This document shows, in pieces, positions 1 through 13,898 of a DNA stretch of 64,000 nt. This DNA comes from Calcarisporiella thermophila CBS 279.70. Lineage: Eukaryota > Fungi > Calcarisporiellomycota. The stretch is taken from positions 298,421-362,420 of the forward strand of contig NW_027192215.1 in NCBI RefSeq assembly GCF_041956535.1, written 5' to 3'. Position 1 is the first letter of the stretch, and each line of letters begins with the position of its first letter. The position numbers and the translations under genes were made by a program. Below the pieces are notes generated by a model. It had not been told where the DNA came from and did not search any database. It worked only from the letters and a program-made list of their open reading frames with translations.

Positions 1-675
1 GCATCCGAAAATGATTATAGCAAATTCAATTTGAAAAATTCGGTGTAGTCATCATCTTCTTACTACTAAATATACCCATTTTATTGTCTTCTTTTTCATA
101 TTATTGTCAGATCTCTATGGCCTTCTTTGGCCTTCGTCCTTTTTGTAGACTATGCTAAGATGCGTTTAACCTTGAAGCAATACACACTTAGGTTTCTAAT
201 ACCATGGAATAACAGTCATTCTGATAAGATCAACCGGAATGTTGCTTTCTTCGTAGGCTAGTTCAACAGAATCTATCGAGTATACATGCTCAAAAAAAAA
301 GTGCTAGAGCTCAAATCTCCTCCATAATAGAACGATAATAATGGCAGGAGACATGGCTCTTGAATATATTCATCCTAAGAATAAAGCTTTCTTGGAACTT
401 ACCTCACTTAATCGCAGCCCAAAGACACTGTCATTAGCTCGCCAAACCACAGTAAGCATCTAGCCGCAAATGTGATGCTAGTTTGAGGGAGCGAAAATCT
501 CTTACTTCAATCTGGTTTTCATCTTTCAATCATTCTGGATGACATCTGCTGGTTTTCAAAATTACAAGGCTAGATATTTATTGAAATAGGCGTTAAATTA
601 TAGAGTTAACAAAAAGTAATACTAAAGAGCAGGAGTGCATTATCCACAGGGAAAAAAAAACAAGAGGTATTATTA

Positions 676-2566
676 TTATGAGAGTTCAGTCTTTTCGTCT
701 AGGTGTTCATCCGACCCGTCGACCATTTTAGCCATGTCTTGCTCATGCTCGCTCTTGTATTTGTAGAAATAGGCCTGGATCGTGAACCACAGCCAGCCAC
801 CTTTTCAAGAGAAATCCCACGGTAAGTAAAACGGAGAAGCAAAATGCGCTTAAAACAGTAATATTTACCCAAACCAATTCCCATATACATAAAGTATTTG
901 GATGGGCCGGTGACGGTCTTTTCCGCAGTGCCGGCAATGGCGGTGTTGACAATGTTGCCGAACGCAGTCATCAAAAGCCAGATGGACGACGTCTGGGCCT
1001 TGAGTGCCTTACCGGATTCCTGGTAGCAGAACAGGAGACCCGTCGGGGAGAGGAGGGCTTCGGCGAGAGAGAGGACAAAGAACTGGGGCACCTGCCACAA
1101 GGCGGGCACGCAAGTGGGGCAAGCGACGACCTTGCCATTCTCCTTGATGGGATTGTAGTTCGCCTCGACGCTGATATGCAGCAACCCAGAAATTAAGAAG
1201 GCCATGCACACGAGGAAGAAGCCCAACGAGATACGTCGCAGGGTGGTGCAGCGGATGCCAAGGCCCTTCTCAATGACGGGATACAAAAAGCCCAAGCTTG
1301 GCACCATGATGATGATGAGCAGCGAGTTGATCACTCCGAAGGATTCCGGCGAGACCTTGATGCTTCCGATTTGCTGGTTCATCATCCTGTATTGGGCTAG
1401 GACGGGTGGATGGAGGTTAGCTCGTTTTCGACGCGAGTGAAAAGCTCATAATAAGCAACTTACCTTGCCACTCGGTGGATTTCTGGTCGTAAATCATCCA
1501 GAAGAACAGAGTGGGCAGGATCATGTAGATGATGCGGCCCAAGAGACGGGTTTCCTCCACGAACGGAGCGCCCACATCGGCTAGCGCAAAGTTTAGGATC
1601 CCACCTTTGTGCTGGCGCTCCTCTCTGGATGCGAACAGCCAGCGGCCAAAAGCCAGCACCGCGACCTTGGCGGCCTTGAACGGCAAGAACTCGCCCACCG
1701 GCGGAACAATGCGGTAGTAGCGCACACCAAAGATAAATGCAAGCAAAGCCACTAAAAACATTGCGCTAGGCAGGATATACGAGCCGAAGTAGCAGGGCGC
1801 CCCGAAGCACTGGATGTTGTTTTTGATGTGCGGGGTGATGTTCTGGGCAAGCAGCGAGCCGACATTGATGGTGGTGTAGAACACCGTGAAGAACCAGTCG
1901 ATGCCGGTCTTCTGGTGTGGGAGAAACTGGTCACCTCCGTGGGTGGACACGCAGGGTTTGATGCCGCCGGTGCCGATGGCCATGAGCACGAGGGCTGCAT
2001 AGGGCCCGGCAATGGGGATGTTGGGGAAGTCGCCCATGACGTGATTGATCGAGAAAATGGTGAGCAATGCGGTTCCGATGAAGTAGATGACGGAGAGATA
2101 GACGATGGTGCGGTATTTGCCCAGATACGAGTCGGAGATGGCGGCCCCGAGCAACGGGCAGAAGTACGAGATCACGATGAAGGAGTGGGTCAGCATCTTG
2201 CTGTACTCTGGGGTCGTGCTGCACATGTCGATGAAGTACAGGTACAGTAGCGGCTTGATACCGTAGAAGCAGAACCGTTCGCCGAACTCATTCGGGATGA
2301 TGAAGAAGATGGACATGGGGATGCGGCTCGGGCTGGCCATCAGCTTTGTGTCGACGCGCTCATTCAGCCGGATCTCGAGCTCGAGCAGCTCGCGGTCGCG
2401 CTCCGTCAGCTCCTGGCCCTGGAAGCGGTCCTATGGGTCAAATCGGGAATACCAGCCCGCGCCTGCATTAGACACTTGGGGAGGCGCGAGGGAAGCGGGC
2501 GCGGCCGCGCACACTCACCTTAACCAGGATCTCGTAGACTGGATTGTTTTTCACGTCGTCCCCCAT
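676..2566 (-). CDS. PTR2: POT/PTR2-family proton-dependent oligopeptide transporter (4 exons: 2566-2519, 2430-1464, 1396-869, 800-676)
   Basis: ExxERFxFYG motif (NEFGERFCFYG), GAAISDSYLGKYRTI, GTGGIKPCVSTHGGDQF, FYTTINVGSL and WQVPQF..AEAL motifs. Spliced model is in frame through GT-AG introns and ends ...DEKTELS*. Confidence 0.93.
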
Positions 2567-4712
2567 GGTGGAAAAGAGCAAACCGTGTGAAAAACGGCGA
2601 GTCCCACTTCAAATATCAACCTTTTTTGTTTAGCTTATGCGCAGGATTTCGGGCTCCGTCCACTTGTGCCGGGGTCTTATTGGTGATGGGAACCTTAATT
2701 TTACAAACAGAGTAGTATGCAGCACACGAGGTTCCAAGGGAGTACAGCCGCAGCTAGTATGGTCACCACCGGTGTGCAACGCTTCATCCAAGCAAATGGG
2801 CGCTCTGCTCTATTCTGCCAGCAGTCCTCCTCTCGCTCTGCGCCTCAGTATTCCCCGCCAAGACTCAGCCGCTTCTATTGGAACAACTCAAACCCTGGTA
2901 TTAGCTCCGCCCGGGCAAGATTTGGGATGATTTCTGCTGAGTCACAGGCTATGAGTGAAAGGGCACGAGAGAACTCTGGCTAGCTCTGCTTGTGTAATTC
3001 TGAGTGCGACTGGGAGAGGCCAGTCTCGCCGCTTGTTGGTCGACCGCGGTCCCCTCTGTGTGAATTCTATCCTTAAATAACTATGCTACGGGAGCTAAGA
3101 CTGAAATGTCCAAAAATTTAATATTGCAAACATGTCGCCGCGTGGGGGCCTTTGAAACCTCACGTTTCTGCACCCTGTCCGTAAATAGAATCGTGAATGC
3201 GCGATGTCGGAATGCTTAGCGATCGCCTCTCTCAAGCGTGCCACTAGGCCCGAAATTCGGAAATTCACTGGTTGGGGCGAGAACTTGTCCGGCGGACTAC
3301 GGAGCCGAGAGGAAGAAGCGGTGGCTGAGTCCGGCTATAGGACTCTCTCGACTTCAAAAAGGACCCAACACGATGGAAAATTGTTCAGACTCCCCATAGA
3401 GATTGTGCCCCAATTCTAACTCTACCGGTGGTTGTTCTGGATATCCACGAGAGTTCTTTCCATCACGCCCACATGGTTGCGTGCTTCATGGTACACTCAA
3501 GACAATGGATATTCCACGGTTGTACCCTAGGAGTGTTACGGCCAAATAAGCCTGTGACTGTGTAAAGTGTTGCTGTGCACTCTCGCTGTGAATACACAGC
3601 AGCACTTTTCCTTAGCACGACTAGTCGGGCTTTGAATGGAATCAACTGGAGAGGCACAAGTTGGTTGCAGGGTAGATTTTCAATTGCTCGCATTCCCAAT
3701 AATGGGCCGTGCGCCTCAAATTGGTGCCATTGTGTGGCTTAGGAAGCTCTTTAGCCACCAATAGCTACGGTGACATAACAAGTTTGGATTTTTGGGCCGT
3801 CATTTGGGATACGTCTCTCGGTCAACAGGTGATCACGCCCAAATGGTTACCGACTTCGGTCACTCTATTATGCACCCAATGAAACGTGTGCACACTCTCA
3901 TTAGGCTGAACTCTTGGCGGTTTTTGTGCTGGTGTCAATAATTAGCAGTGTGTAATATGCGGGTTCATAGAGAGTCTCAGTAATGTAGCGGCATGAGGAT
4001 CATTCAAATCTACAATGACTCCCAGCCCAGAAATGGACGAGAATAATTGGGGGTAGGTGGGAGTTTCGTCTGCCGATAGGTGATGATGTGCTATGCGGGT
4101 ATTTAGAACTCCCGCCTCTGCTCTACTACTTGGAGAGCTGTATCATATCAGCTTTGCCTATTCATATGGCTCGCCAGTTTTAGGGAGTTTGGGAATACGT
4201 ATGAGCGAAATTCGCGATAAACTTGTGGACTGATAAGACAAAAACTCCATTTAAGCTAGCTCGCGAACTTGGCCTAGAAGGGCCGTGCTCGCCCTTTCCG
4301 GCATCACGGGACAGCCGACCGGCCCAATCAGTTGAATTTCCTCTTGATTGCATGTTTCTGGAATGGCACGGTATATGAGCTGCAGATTCGGATAGTGCCC
4401 ACTGGTCGGGGTCTGAGCCCCCTCTAAGTAGCCTAATTAAATTTTGTGCCGATAGAAATATGAAAGAGGAGCAATGAAAAGACTCGATAAAACTATCGCG
4501 CTGGTCTTATCTCTGGCTTAGTTGTTGGGCCCAGGTGGTCTTACTCAGTTCAGTTCCCCATTAATGGAGTGTCCAAACCGGTAGCCCTCCCCCCTTTCGT
4601 ATTTATTATGTTACCCTCTTCGTACTGTCGCTACCCTTGCCCTCATACTCTCTCCATTGCCGATGCTGCGCGCGTCCATTTGGTCGACTTGAGGTTCATG
4701 TGCTGATTTATC

Positions 4713-6714
4713 ATGAGCACGAACACCGACATGGCCAAGGTCGTGAAACGGCTTGCCGACAAATCTCAAAACGCTGACATTCCCGATCTCTCCATCTCGG
4801 ATCCTTACTACAATGAGCTATTTTTCGAGTTTAGCGGTAAAGCATGGACATCGGATTTTAGCCGTCCTTTATGCATTGCTCAACATAATGTTTGATTCTA
4901 GTTTATTGCACCATCCTGAGCATTATTGGAGGATGCCTCGTGGTAATGATAACATTTTTACTCTGGCTTTACGACCGCAAGTTTGTCGACCGCATCAGCT
5001 TGCGTTTGAACTTGGCTATATCTATATGTGATGTACTCCGGTCATCCATGTATTTTATTGCCTTCTACTTCAATGCTTCAGGTGATTTCCTCCTTTTATT
5101 CCTCCCAGCAAACTACAGCCTAGACGCCAACTTGACATTGCTCTCCTCTATTATAATTTTGCGAACTCTTTTGACACGCTGTTCCGCTTTTAGCTGGGTT
5201 CGAATGCAATATCACCATCACTTTCTTCATATTCTTCACCCACATGTATCTTTTCCTAAGCGTGGCGATTGCTCTCAACCTGCACTGGATTGTTCTAATG
5301 GAGCGACGGTTTAAGCCATGGATGGAAGTGTGGATATACTACGGCGGGTCGGTCGCGTTCGCACTATTGCTCAGCTTCACACCGCTCGCAGCAGGGCGAT
5401 TCGGCTATGATCAATCTCAAGGGATTTGCTGGTACCGGGAGAGCTATTTGCTGACAAGCAAACTCTGGGAGTTGGTAGGCCTGGTTTCTCGGCGTTTTCG
5501 CTCACTCGAACTTTAACCCGACAATTCTTTTTTCTTTTCTCTCTCTCTTTCTATTTAAGCTAACCTTTATCATCCCGATCCTCATCTGCATTCTATATTG
5601 TAACGTGGTGATTGGATTTGTCGTCGCCAAAATCGTCAAAGAGAACCACTTTATCAAACGCCAAATTACCTCTGCAGGCAAGCACAACCCGATATTCTCC
5701 CAACAGCAATACACCCAGCTAGCCATCAATCGCATCATCATCCGCATTCTATCCTATCCCCTCATCCCTTTCTTGACGCAATCCATTCTAATGGTGAACG
5801 AGATCTACTTGCAGACGAATGGGCGCATTGTATATGTCTTAGCTATCGCTGCGAACACAAGCGCTGGTTTGCCCGGTAATCCTTTTAGTGAAACCACTCT
5901 TTTTTTTTTCAGAGATCTGGGATTGAATGCCTTGGGTTGCTTTTTAGGGGTCTTTAACTGTCTTGCCTTCCTCTTTGATCCCGCGGTTGTCAAATCACTC
6001 CAAAAGATTCAGTTGGATCTTATCGAGCGCTATGCGGACGACAACCAGCATAGAGTCAAACGCTGGCTTGTGCGCAAGCTTCTTTTACCCCTGTTCCCAA
6101 GCCCTACGTTGAATCCGGAAGCTTCGAGGCAGGAGGCGGAGTGTGTGAGTAAATCGGTGCCGAAGGAAATTGAGGAGGCTAGGCAAGATGAGATTGCCGT
6201 CGAAAGCTTATCATTTGACTGTTCACCTATGTCAGATGCGACGTGTGTAGAGCCGCGTCATCTCGGAGCATGGCCAAATCATTTGGAAATAGATATTGAC
6301 ACGAGAGAATATAAGGAAAAACTTGGAGACCTGGTCGGCAGGGCCCAGTGTGGACGGGAGGGTACAAGATGGATGGGTTTGGAGGGCAACGAGGATATGC
6401 ATCATAAGCAACAGAGAACAATGGACTTCAATACAGGACATGAGATCGAGCACAATGGAAAGGGAAGCAGCGGCGCAAAAGGATTAGGGGGGGATGAGGC
6501 CACAGACTTGCGAGCGGCTGGGAGAGTCGATTTCTCCCTCCCCATAGAAGAAAATTTGCCCTCGCATACGAACACCGAGGCTGTGGCAGAGAGGCTGCCA
6601 CAACCGCGACGCGGTTCGTGGCAACTCCGAGTCTCGTATTGGAAAGAGTCGGATGAGTTAGAGAATGACAGCGAATGGGCGAATTATGCGAAGGAATTCA
6701 TTGGCCATCTTTGA
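4713..6714 (+). CDS. cAMP-receptor-like/Git3-type 7TM GPCR with long C-terminal tail, ~555 aa (exons 4713-4836, 4902-5081, 5194-5474, 5560-5875, 5948-6714)
   Basis: Seven hydrophobic segments. TM2 SLRLNLAISICD, TM3 with Cys and IALNL, ECL2 GYD...CWY, TM6 RILSYPLIP, TM7 GVFNCLAFLFDP. All splice junctions keep frame. Confidence 0.82.
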
Positions 6715-7237
6715 GGGTGGATGTACAGAGTCGCTCTGGGCTATCCATGATATCTTTTTTATCCTATTTATTCGGGTATAACCTGCTTTCAGTATCTTTC
6801 ACTTACATTGGTTCAGTATATGATTCTGGTTTATTATGCATTTTTTAATTTTCTCTAAAAGAAGGGACTCCATGTCGTTGCTTTGCAATTTCTACACAAC
6901 TCAAGCCTGTTTTCTACCTCGAGGCTAATAGAGTTGGAGAAAAGATTCAGTATGTTACAGGCGTGTTATACCAGAGCGCCCACCCCTTTTCAAACACGGA
7001 CTCATAGTAGGGGAGCATAGAGAGTCCAAGTGTAAAGTATGTGCCGTTTGGCCAAGATTGCTCAATTCTTTGCTCGGCATGCATTTCGAACTGTATGCTA
7101 CAGCCCCAGACATGGCTGAGTTGCTTAAATCCTATAAGGATGTCAGGTGTTGATCGGGGTCAACATGGTATGTATGCAAATAGACTCCCGCTCTAATAAA
7201 GCATATGTTCGGATATCTCTCTTCGAATCCATCCAGC

Positions 7238-8359
7238 CTAAGGATCCCTTGACATTGTATCATACGGGAACTCGTCGGTGGCTTCGGAGGATCCTGAGGC
7301 ACTCTTGAGTATTTTAAAGAGCTTGTAGCGCGAGAGGGCACGAACAACCGCAGGATTGAGAAGGAAGACGATCAGATTAAGAAGACCCTGCATTCCGGTC
7401 GTGATAGCTTCTGCTCTCTGTGTCCTCAGCCCCAGCTCGGTTAACGGCTGATTGGTCAGAAAGAGCCAGTTGAGGACAAGAGAGGCAGGCTGGCAGACGA
7501 CGAGCACGGTGGGATATAGGAGAATCCGCAGAACCGAGAGAATCAATTGCTTCTCTCGATCCTCCATTTCGGCCGAGATGGATCGGAGATTTTCGCGGAC
7601 CACGCGCAGTGAGGTCAACACACGACAGATCACCGCGAGAATGATGCCAAACGAATAAAGGATAGAGGAGATCATCCAGATGTCGAAGCAGAAGATCTCA
7701 ATCAAATACGAGGTCGTTGCATCCACATAAGTGAATATCGCGTGCTATGCATCCCATATTTTGTCAAGAGGGCTCTGGCTTTGTGTAGAGCAAAACAAAC
7801 TTCAAAGCTTTACCGAATTCTTGTCCCAGAATGAATCCCCTACAAACGGGATTGGCAAGGCTAGAGAAAAGCTGGCCAGCGTGGCCACAGGGAAATACCA
7901 GCTCTGGATTTTCTTCATGTTTTTGCGACGGCACAGGAAGGAGAGGTGTAGGTCGAAAGCAATGGAGACGGTGAGGAATGCAAACCAAATCGGAAAGGCA
8001 TAAACTGTATAAAGGAGGAGTCGTGCCAGCCAGGGACGCGATGGTGTAATGGCGTCCATGACGTGGTAACTGATCCGAAGCAGGAAGAGCGCCTGTTTGA
8101 GGGGTGAATAGGTTTAGGATGGATGCTTCATTTCCAAGAAGTGGATAAAATAATCAAGCAATGGAGAAAGTAGATCACATGAAGACTTTACCCGAGACAA
8201 GGCATCCACAAGCCCAATCCATAGGGAAAGTTTGAGCGATATTGTGTTTGCAACAGAGGGCTGGCTATATCGGAGAAAGAGAACCATGGCCATCATGATA
8301 ATAGCACAAACCAGAGATGTGATGTTTAACCAGTAGAACTCATTTTGCACATCTCCCAT
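7238..8359 (-). CDS. 7TM GPCR, subfamily A, 317 aa (exons 8359-8192, 8092-7814, 7744-7238)
   Basis: TISLKLSLWIGLVD, WFAFLTVSIAFDLHLSF, RILLYP and GMQGLLNLIVFLLNP motifs. 279-nt middle exon with GT-AG introns in frame. Confidence 0.85.
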
Positions 8360-10167
8360 ATTTTGTTTTTCTCCCCTCGGCCGATGCTGGCTGCAGAGAC
8401 GGATCAATGGCGGGAGAAAGATGGACAGCTTTGGCCATGGCCCGAGAAGCCTAATTTATGGGCAATAGGGTAATTTGTGATTTTTAGGAAATCATGTTTC
8501 AGATAAGGGGCTATGGTCACAAATGGCACTGACAGATCTGAAACCAAGAGAGTATCTCTAGCCAACACTAAATATCCATATGAATGTGGGAAGAAATGGG
8601 GAGGCGTGAAAGGAAAGCCGGCTAACTTTAAACACTCTCCAGATGCCGAGTATCCATTCGTTACGGCCAGCATCCGGGGCGGCGAGAAACTTGTGTGAGA
8701 AAAAGGCTTCTTGCTCTCACACCTTCAGCGAGGAGCCGCCCCTCGGAGCAATCGAGGTTGGAGATCGCCGTAAAAGGCCCAGAACACCCCGCGCTCTTCG
8801 GTGGGAGCATCGCGGTAAAAATTATCATTGCTCCATTTAACAGCTTCCTTCGGGGATGGCGTGCCGATGGATCCATATACTAATACCACAAAAGGCCCTT
8901 CAAATGATGTCAGATTTATTCGAGTGATTTAGCAATAGACCACTAGAGCTTTTCATCGAGTGAAATGCTTTGGAGAAAGTTTCCCCACCTTTGGTTTTTC
9001 ACTTAAACATTGTATTACTTGCGTTATTAAGAGGGAACGGACATCCTCTTACCGCACACTTAGAGTCTATTAAAAAAATAGCGCACATTTCATGAGCATC
9101 AAAGAATATAATAGAATCATATTCGCCTTGGGATGGAATAGAGTAATCCCGGAATCAGAAAATTATAGCATCCTTGTGTTCCTCTCCAAATATCCGTCAC
9201 CAGAACACTATATCAAAAATATGAGACGGCTCAAACTGGCCTTTGTTCTGCCGTATAAATCTCAATGACGGCGTGAAATGATAGGGCATCCTTGCACCTG
9301 TGGTTAAAATTGAGCCTATTGATATCAACAGAAAGAATTGCTGTAGAAGAAATCATCCTAACGAAAATGAAACTTTTAGTCAAATGATTCAAAAAGCTCG
9401 CATGATTATTCAGGCTCGAGGTTTGACTTTTTTTTCATATGATCAATGTGGAGATAATATAGAACGAAAAATGGGCGCCTGGGGAGTTGTTTTCAGTCAG
9501 TGTCGAAGCGCAACCCTTTTCGTTATCACCTTATTTCCTGACTCTATTACAGGGCAAAATGAAACGCGTTCAAATTTGGCCAATACAAAAGTTATTATTA
9601 ATATTATAAACTCTGTCCAACATGGCGGCAATGCCAGCAGCTTGAAACTGAAGCTAACACAATGACACTTCATTAAAGAGGCAAAGAGTGATTTACCCCG
9701 CGCTAGAATACCCACAGACCAATTTTGGGGCAGAGTATGTGAAATTAATTTCGAATCTGCACTAGTGATGCGTTGGGAAGCAGTAATTCTATACCTCACA
9801 TCACATCTGCTTGGTATGAAGGCGAGTTGCCATCTCTAGTACTTGAACTAAGAGCGGTGAATATGATATACGATCTCAACATGGTATTATCTCAATCGCC
9901 TTGTATCGAAGGTGATTAGCTCTGTTGTCAACTAATAATACAGAGGGAACATCTGCCTTCATATCCGATTTTATTGCTCAAAATTGGGGTATCCATGCTG
10001 TTATCTTACAATAAATTATCCATAACAGAACATTTATCACAACCTACATTGCATCCTATTTTACAGTGATCCATTAAAGAATAAAGTACCATGAGTTTTA
10101 AATTTTGAGTGTGCTCCATCTTTAGCGACTTCTCCAATCCATCTCTTAAACTTCTCCCACGCTCAAA

Positions 10168-11283
10168 TTATGCTTGCTGACTTCCTGTGAGATTAGGAGA
10201 GGGTGGGCTGCCTCCCGAGGTATTGAAAATCCTGTAGGGCGAGAGAGATCGCCCAACGGCAGGGTTGAGGAGGAATACGAGCAAATTTAGGATACCTTGC
10301 AATCCGGTCGTGATAGCTTCGGCCTGCAATACCATCAATGTGTATGGCGTCGTCTTGAGCCTCAAAAGGAAGGCCCAACTGAGAAGAATATCCGCTGGAC
10401 AGCATACCATAAGCACCATGGGGTAGAGTAGAATCCATAACACCGAATGGGTATATTGACGTCCTCTATCTTGCATGTCCACCGGCATGGACTCAATATT
10501 CTCTTGGATAAAATGCAGGGATATGAAAACATGAATGGCCACGGCAAGCATAATGGCAACCGAGTAAAGAATAGAGGACAGAACCCACAAGTCAAAACAG
10601 AGAATCTCGAGCGAAAGAGCAATGATAGGATCAATAGATACGGTGATAGTTTGCTACATGGATGCAAGCCCAACATTATTATCTCATTCAGATACTGCAG
10701 CGCGTGAGACATTTCTTACTGTTTCCACGTTCCACTGTATGTTGGTGATCACAACAAACGGCGAGCTCAATAATAAGCTCGCCAACATGGTTAGCGGACA
10801 GTACAATCTCTGGATAAACTTTATGTTATTGCGTCGGCAGAGAAAGGATAGATGCAGGTCGAATGCGATGGCGGCATTAAGGAAGACAAACCACATTGTG
10901 GAAAAATACTTCATGTAGACTAGCAAATGAGGAGCCCACGGCATTGACGAGACAATAGAGTTCAATACAGAGGGATTGACACGAATTAAAAAGACAATCT
11001 ACGCGGACAGAAAACAGAAGCTCAGCTCCTCTCATGGCACAAAATACAACAAGGGAAACTTTACGCGGGATAATATGTCGACCAGTCCAATCCAAAGCGT
11101 GAGCTTGAGTGCGATAGTATTCGCGACGTCCGGCTGCTTACACCGAAGGTATAAGACCATCCCCATCATAACAAGGGCACATACAATAGATGCAATATGG
11201 ATCCAGTTGTATTGAGTTTGGGCTGCGTGGATTATATCATGTGGAGAATTTAATGTGCTGTTTTGATTTTGCACAGAGTCCAT
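10168..11283 (-). CDS. 7TM GPCR, subfamily A, 327 aa (exons 11283-11065, 10998-10720, 10653-10168)
   Basis: Paralog of 7238-8359 with the same motifs, intron positions and 279-nt middle exon. Confidence 0.85.
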
Positions 11284-11597
11284 AGTATATTTTATCTATT
11301 ATATCAATTTGCTCTGTGAAGAAGGGATGGAGAGGAGGGAACAATGGAACCCCTCTTTAAAAGCTTCCAAATGTGGGTTTATATCTACAGCTACGATGTA
11401 GAGAGCGTGTCTCAGTGCTATCAGAAAGTTTTAATGATAGTTAATAATCCTTGGCAATTGCTTAATAATGCTTAAGGGCCGTTAACGGAGGTGTCCCATT
11501 TTTAATGCACGTTTTGACTTTGACATTGTAACTATTGCACTAATATTCATAGTTTTCGGTGGGAAAATCCCCCCAATAGTAATTCACTTTACTCCAA

Positions 11598-11652
11598 AGT
11601 TAGACAAGTGTAGTTTAGACAAGTTTAGTTTAGACTAGTTTAGACAAGTTTT
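11598..11652. repeat. Short tandem repeat of (T)TTAGAC(A/T)AGT units
   Basis: ttagacaagtgtagtttagacaagtttagtttagactagtttagacaagtt read directly. Confidence 0.7.
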
Positions 11653-12610
11653 ACGAGCTTGGACAACGGCTCTCTCCATAAAGTTACCAATACTAAGCAC
11701 GGTTTCTAATGGGCGAAAAGTAATTTTAATATACAAAGCAGGGAAGCATTAATTTCGGGGTAATGAAAGACCCAAGTGCAAGCAAAAAAGGTAGAGGTAG
11801 ATTTGCTATGATCTGGAAATGGCACAATGGGATAAAATTCCCAAGAGTGGCAGGTCTCAAGTTTGTGTTCTATTGATACTTCCATTATCATTTGAGTTTT
11901 CCCAGGTACGAAATGGACGGCTAGTTTGAGCCGGTGAATACTTGAAACTTGGGGGAGGAGGAGGTAAGTCACGAGTAGAAGAATCGTGGGCATATTATTA
12001 TTTTTATGGTGAATATGAGTATACTAAACATGAAAGGGGAATAAGATGACAGCTTTCTACGCTATGAGTTAACTACTGGGGCGATTTGGTTCATTACATC
12101 TCGGGCAGAGCCAATATATTCATCCTCCCCTGATTATAATACGAAGGGTTGACAAATATTAGATAGTACAGCCAAGATTATATTACGAACACATGGAGCA
12201 AGCTACAGGGCTGCAGTAATGGCATCCAATATCACCTAGCTCTGCTATGGCAGCAAGCTTTCGACGCTATAGAATTGAAAGTAGTGAAATCTGGCCAATT
12301 AGATCCGCATTTTTCTGACGCAATTTAATAGCAACCAGGGACTGTATTCCAGGTTGTAGCAACGCCGACCGTTTTATCTAAAACCAATGCTGTACTACAA
12401 AAGCGCTTATAATCTGAAAATGATCTTTTCGTGAAGCCATTTTGTCGATCAATCATGGATGTATATGAAGGTATCATTCAATCGATTCCATAATATGATA
12501 CTGGCACTTAATTCCCTATTTTACAATGCCTCTTTTTGCAGTATTATGTACCGGAAGTTTTCGGTTTATATCAACTCCAGCGTTCAACTTGAATCCTCGT
12601 TCACCCGTGT

Positions 12611-13729
12611 TCATACAATTGGGTTGGCTTCCGGCGTGTCTTCGGAAGAAGGCTGGTTTTTCACGCAAGTGCTGAAAATCTTGTAGCGAGAGATCGCCCG
12701 CACAACCGCAGGATTAAGAAGGAATACAAGCAAATTTAGGGCAACTTGTAGACCGGATGTTATTGCTTCGGCATGCATTAAGACGAGGAGGGTATGCGTG
12801 ATCTCTTGATGCAAAAAGAAAACCCAGCCAAGAAAATTGAGAACAGGGCAGCATACCACTAGCACCAAAGGGTAGAGTAGGATGCGGAGCAATGAATAGA
12901 TAAACTGGCGCTCTCTTTTTTGCGTTTCCGCCGACATGCTTCCAAGGTTTTTTCGGATGGCGCTTAGAGATTTGAGAGCATGAAATACTACGGTGAGAAT
13001 AACGGCAAATGAATACAAAATGGTCGACATCATCCAGACATCAAAACAGAGAATTTCAACAGCAAGGGCTGGTGCGAGTTCAACCGAATTAAAAATTGAA
13101 TGCTATCAATGTTTAAACACATCATTAGTATTCCAGGTGGACGATGCAGTACCTGAGTCTCTCTTTACAATTTCTGCATCCCAGTATATATTCCCGACGA
13201 AAGCGAATGGTAAGTTTATTATCAAACCCGCAAGCGTTGCCACAGGACAGTACAGCCTTTGCATTGGCCCAATATTATTGCGACGGCAAAGAACAGTGAG
13301 ATGCAGATCGAGTGCAATTGCGGCACTGAGAAATGCAAACCACATTGGGAAAAAATGGGACGTGTATGAAAAGAGGCGAGGGGCCCAAGACACCTGGGAG
13401 ACGATGAAGTTCATTGCAGCTGGATTGACTCGGATCAAAAAGTTTACCTAAAAGAACAGAAGATAAGCGTCCAGTTTGCCGCAACGCATGCGATGCCACA
13501 AATAGGTTTTTACTCGGGACAATACGTCGGCCAATCCAATCCAGAGTGAGAGCTTTAATGATATTGTGTTCGCGATGGTAGGTTGCTTACAGCGAAGAAA
13601 TAGGGCTATCACCATCATCACCAGGGCACAAGCGATAGATGTGATCTGCAGCCAGTTGTAGTGATTTTGAACAGCTCGAATTACGTGTGTAGACTCCAGT
13701 GTGCTGTTCTGATTTTGCATGGAGTCCAT
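12611..13729 (-). CDS. 7TM GPCR, subfamily A, 328 aa (exons 13729-13514, 13447-13169, 13102-12611)
   Basis: Same motifs and intron positions as its neighbours. Frame is intact. Confidence 0.85.
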
Positions 13730-13849
13730 GTTGTAGCTGTTAAAAACCGCAGGAAGTCAGCTAGCATCTTGGAGGAGGCATGAGATTAGGGAGAGAAAAG
13801 CTGCCTCCACAGTCTCAGGAACCAGGTCCAAATTAACAAGTTTAGCGAA

Positions 13850-13898
13850 ATTAACGAAAATTCCGAGTTTCAGTTCTAAACTCGAAATTTTCGTTAAT
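13850..13898. repeat. Inverted repeat, 21-bp arms with 1 mismatch, 7-nt loop
   Basis: attaacgaaaattccgagttt-cagttct-aaactcgaaattttcgttaat. Confidence 0.8.

Noticed and set aside
2600-4700. Small ORFs between PTR2 and the first GPCR
   Set aside because: They look non-coding. The region is probably the shared divergent upstream region.
11598-11652. Possible telomeric or CRISPR-like repeat
   Set aside because: Only about 4 imperfect units with no unique spacers, not TTAGGG, and the context is eukaryotic.
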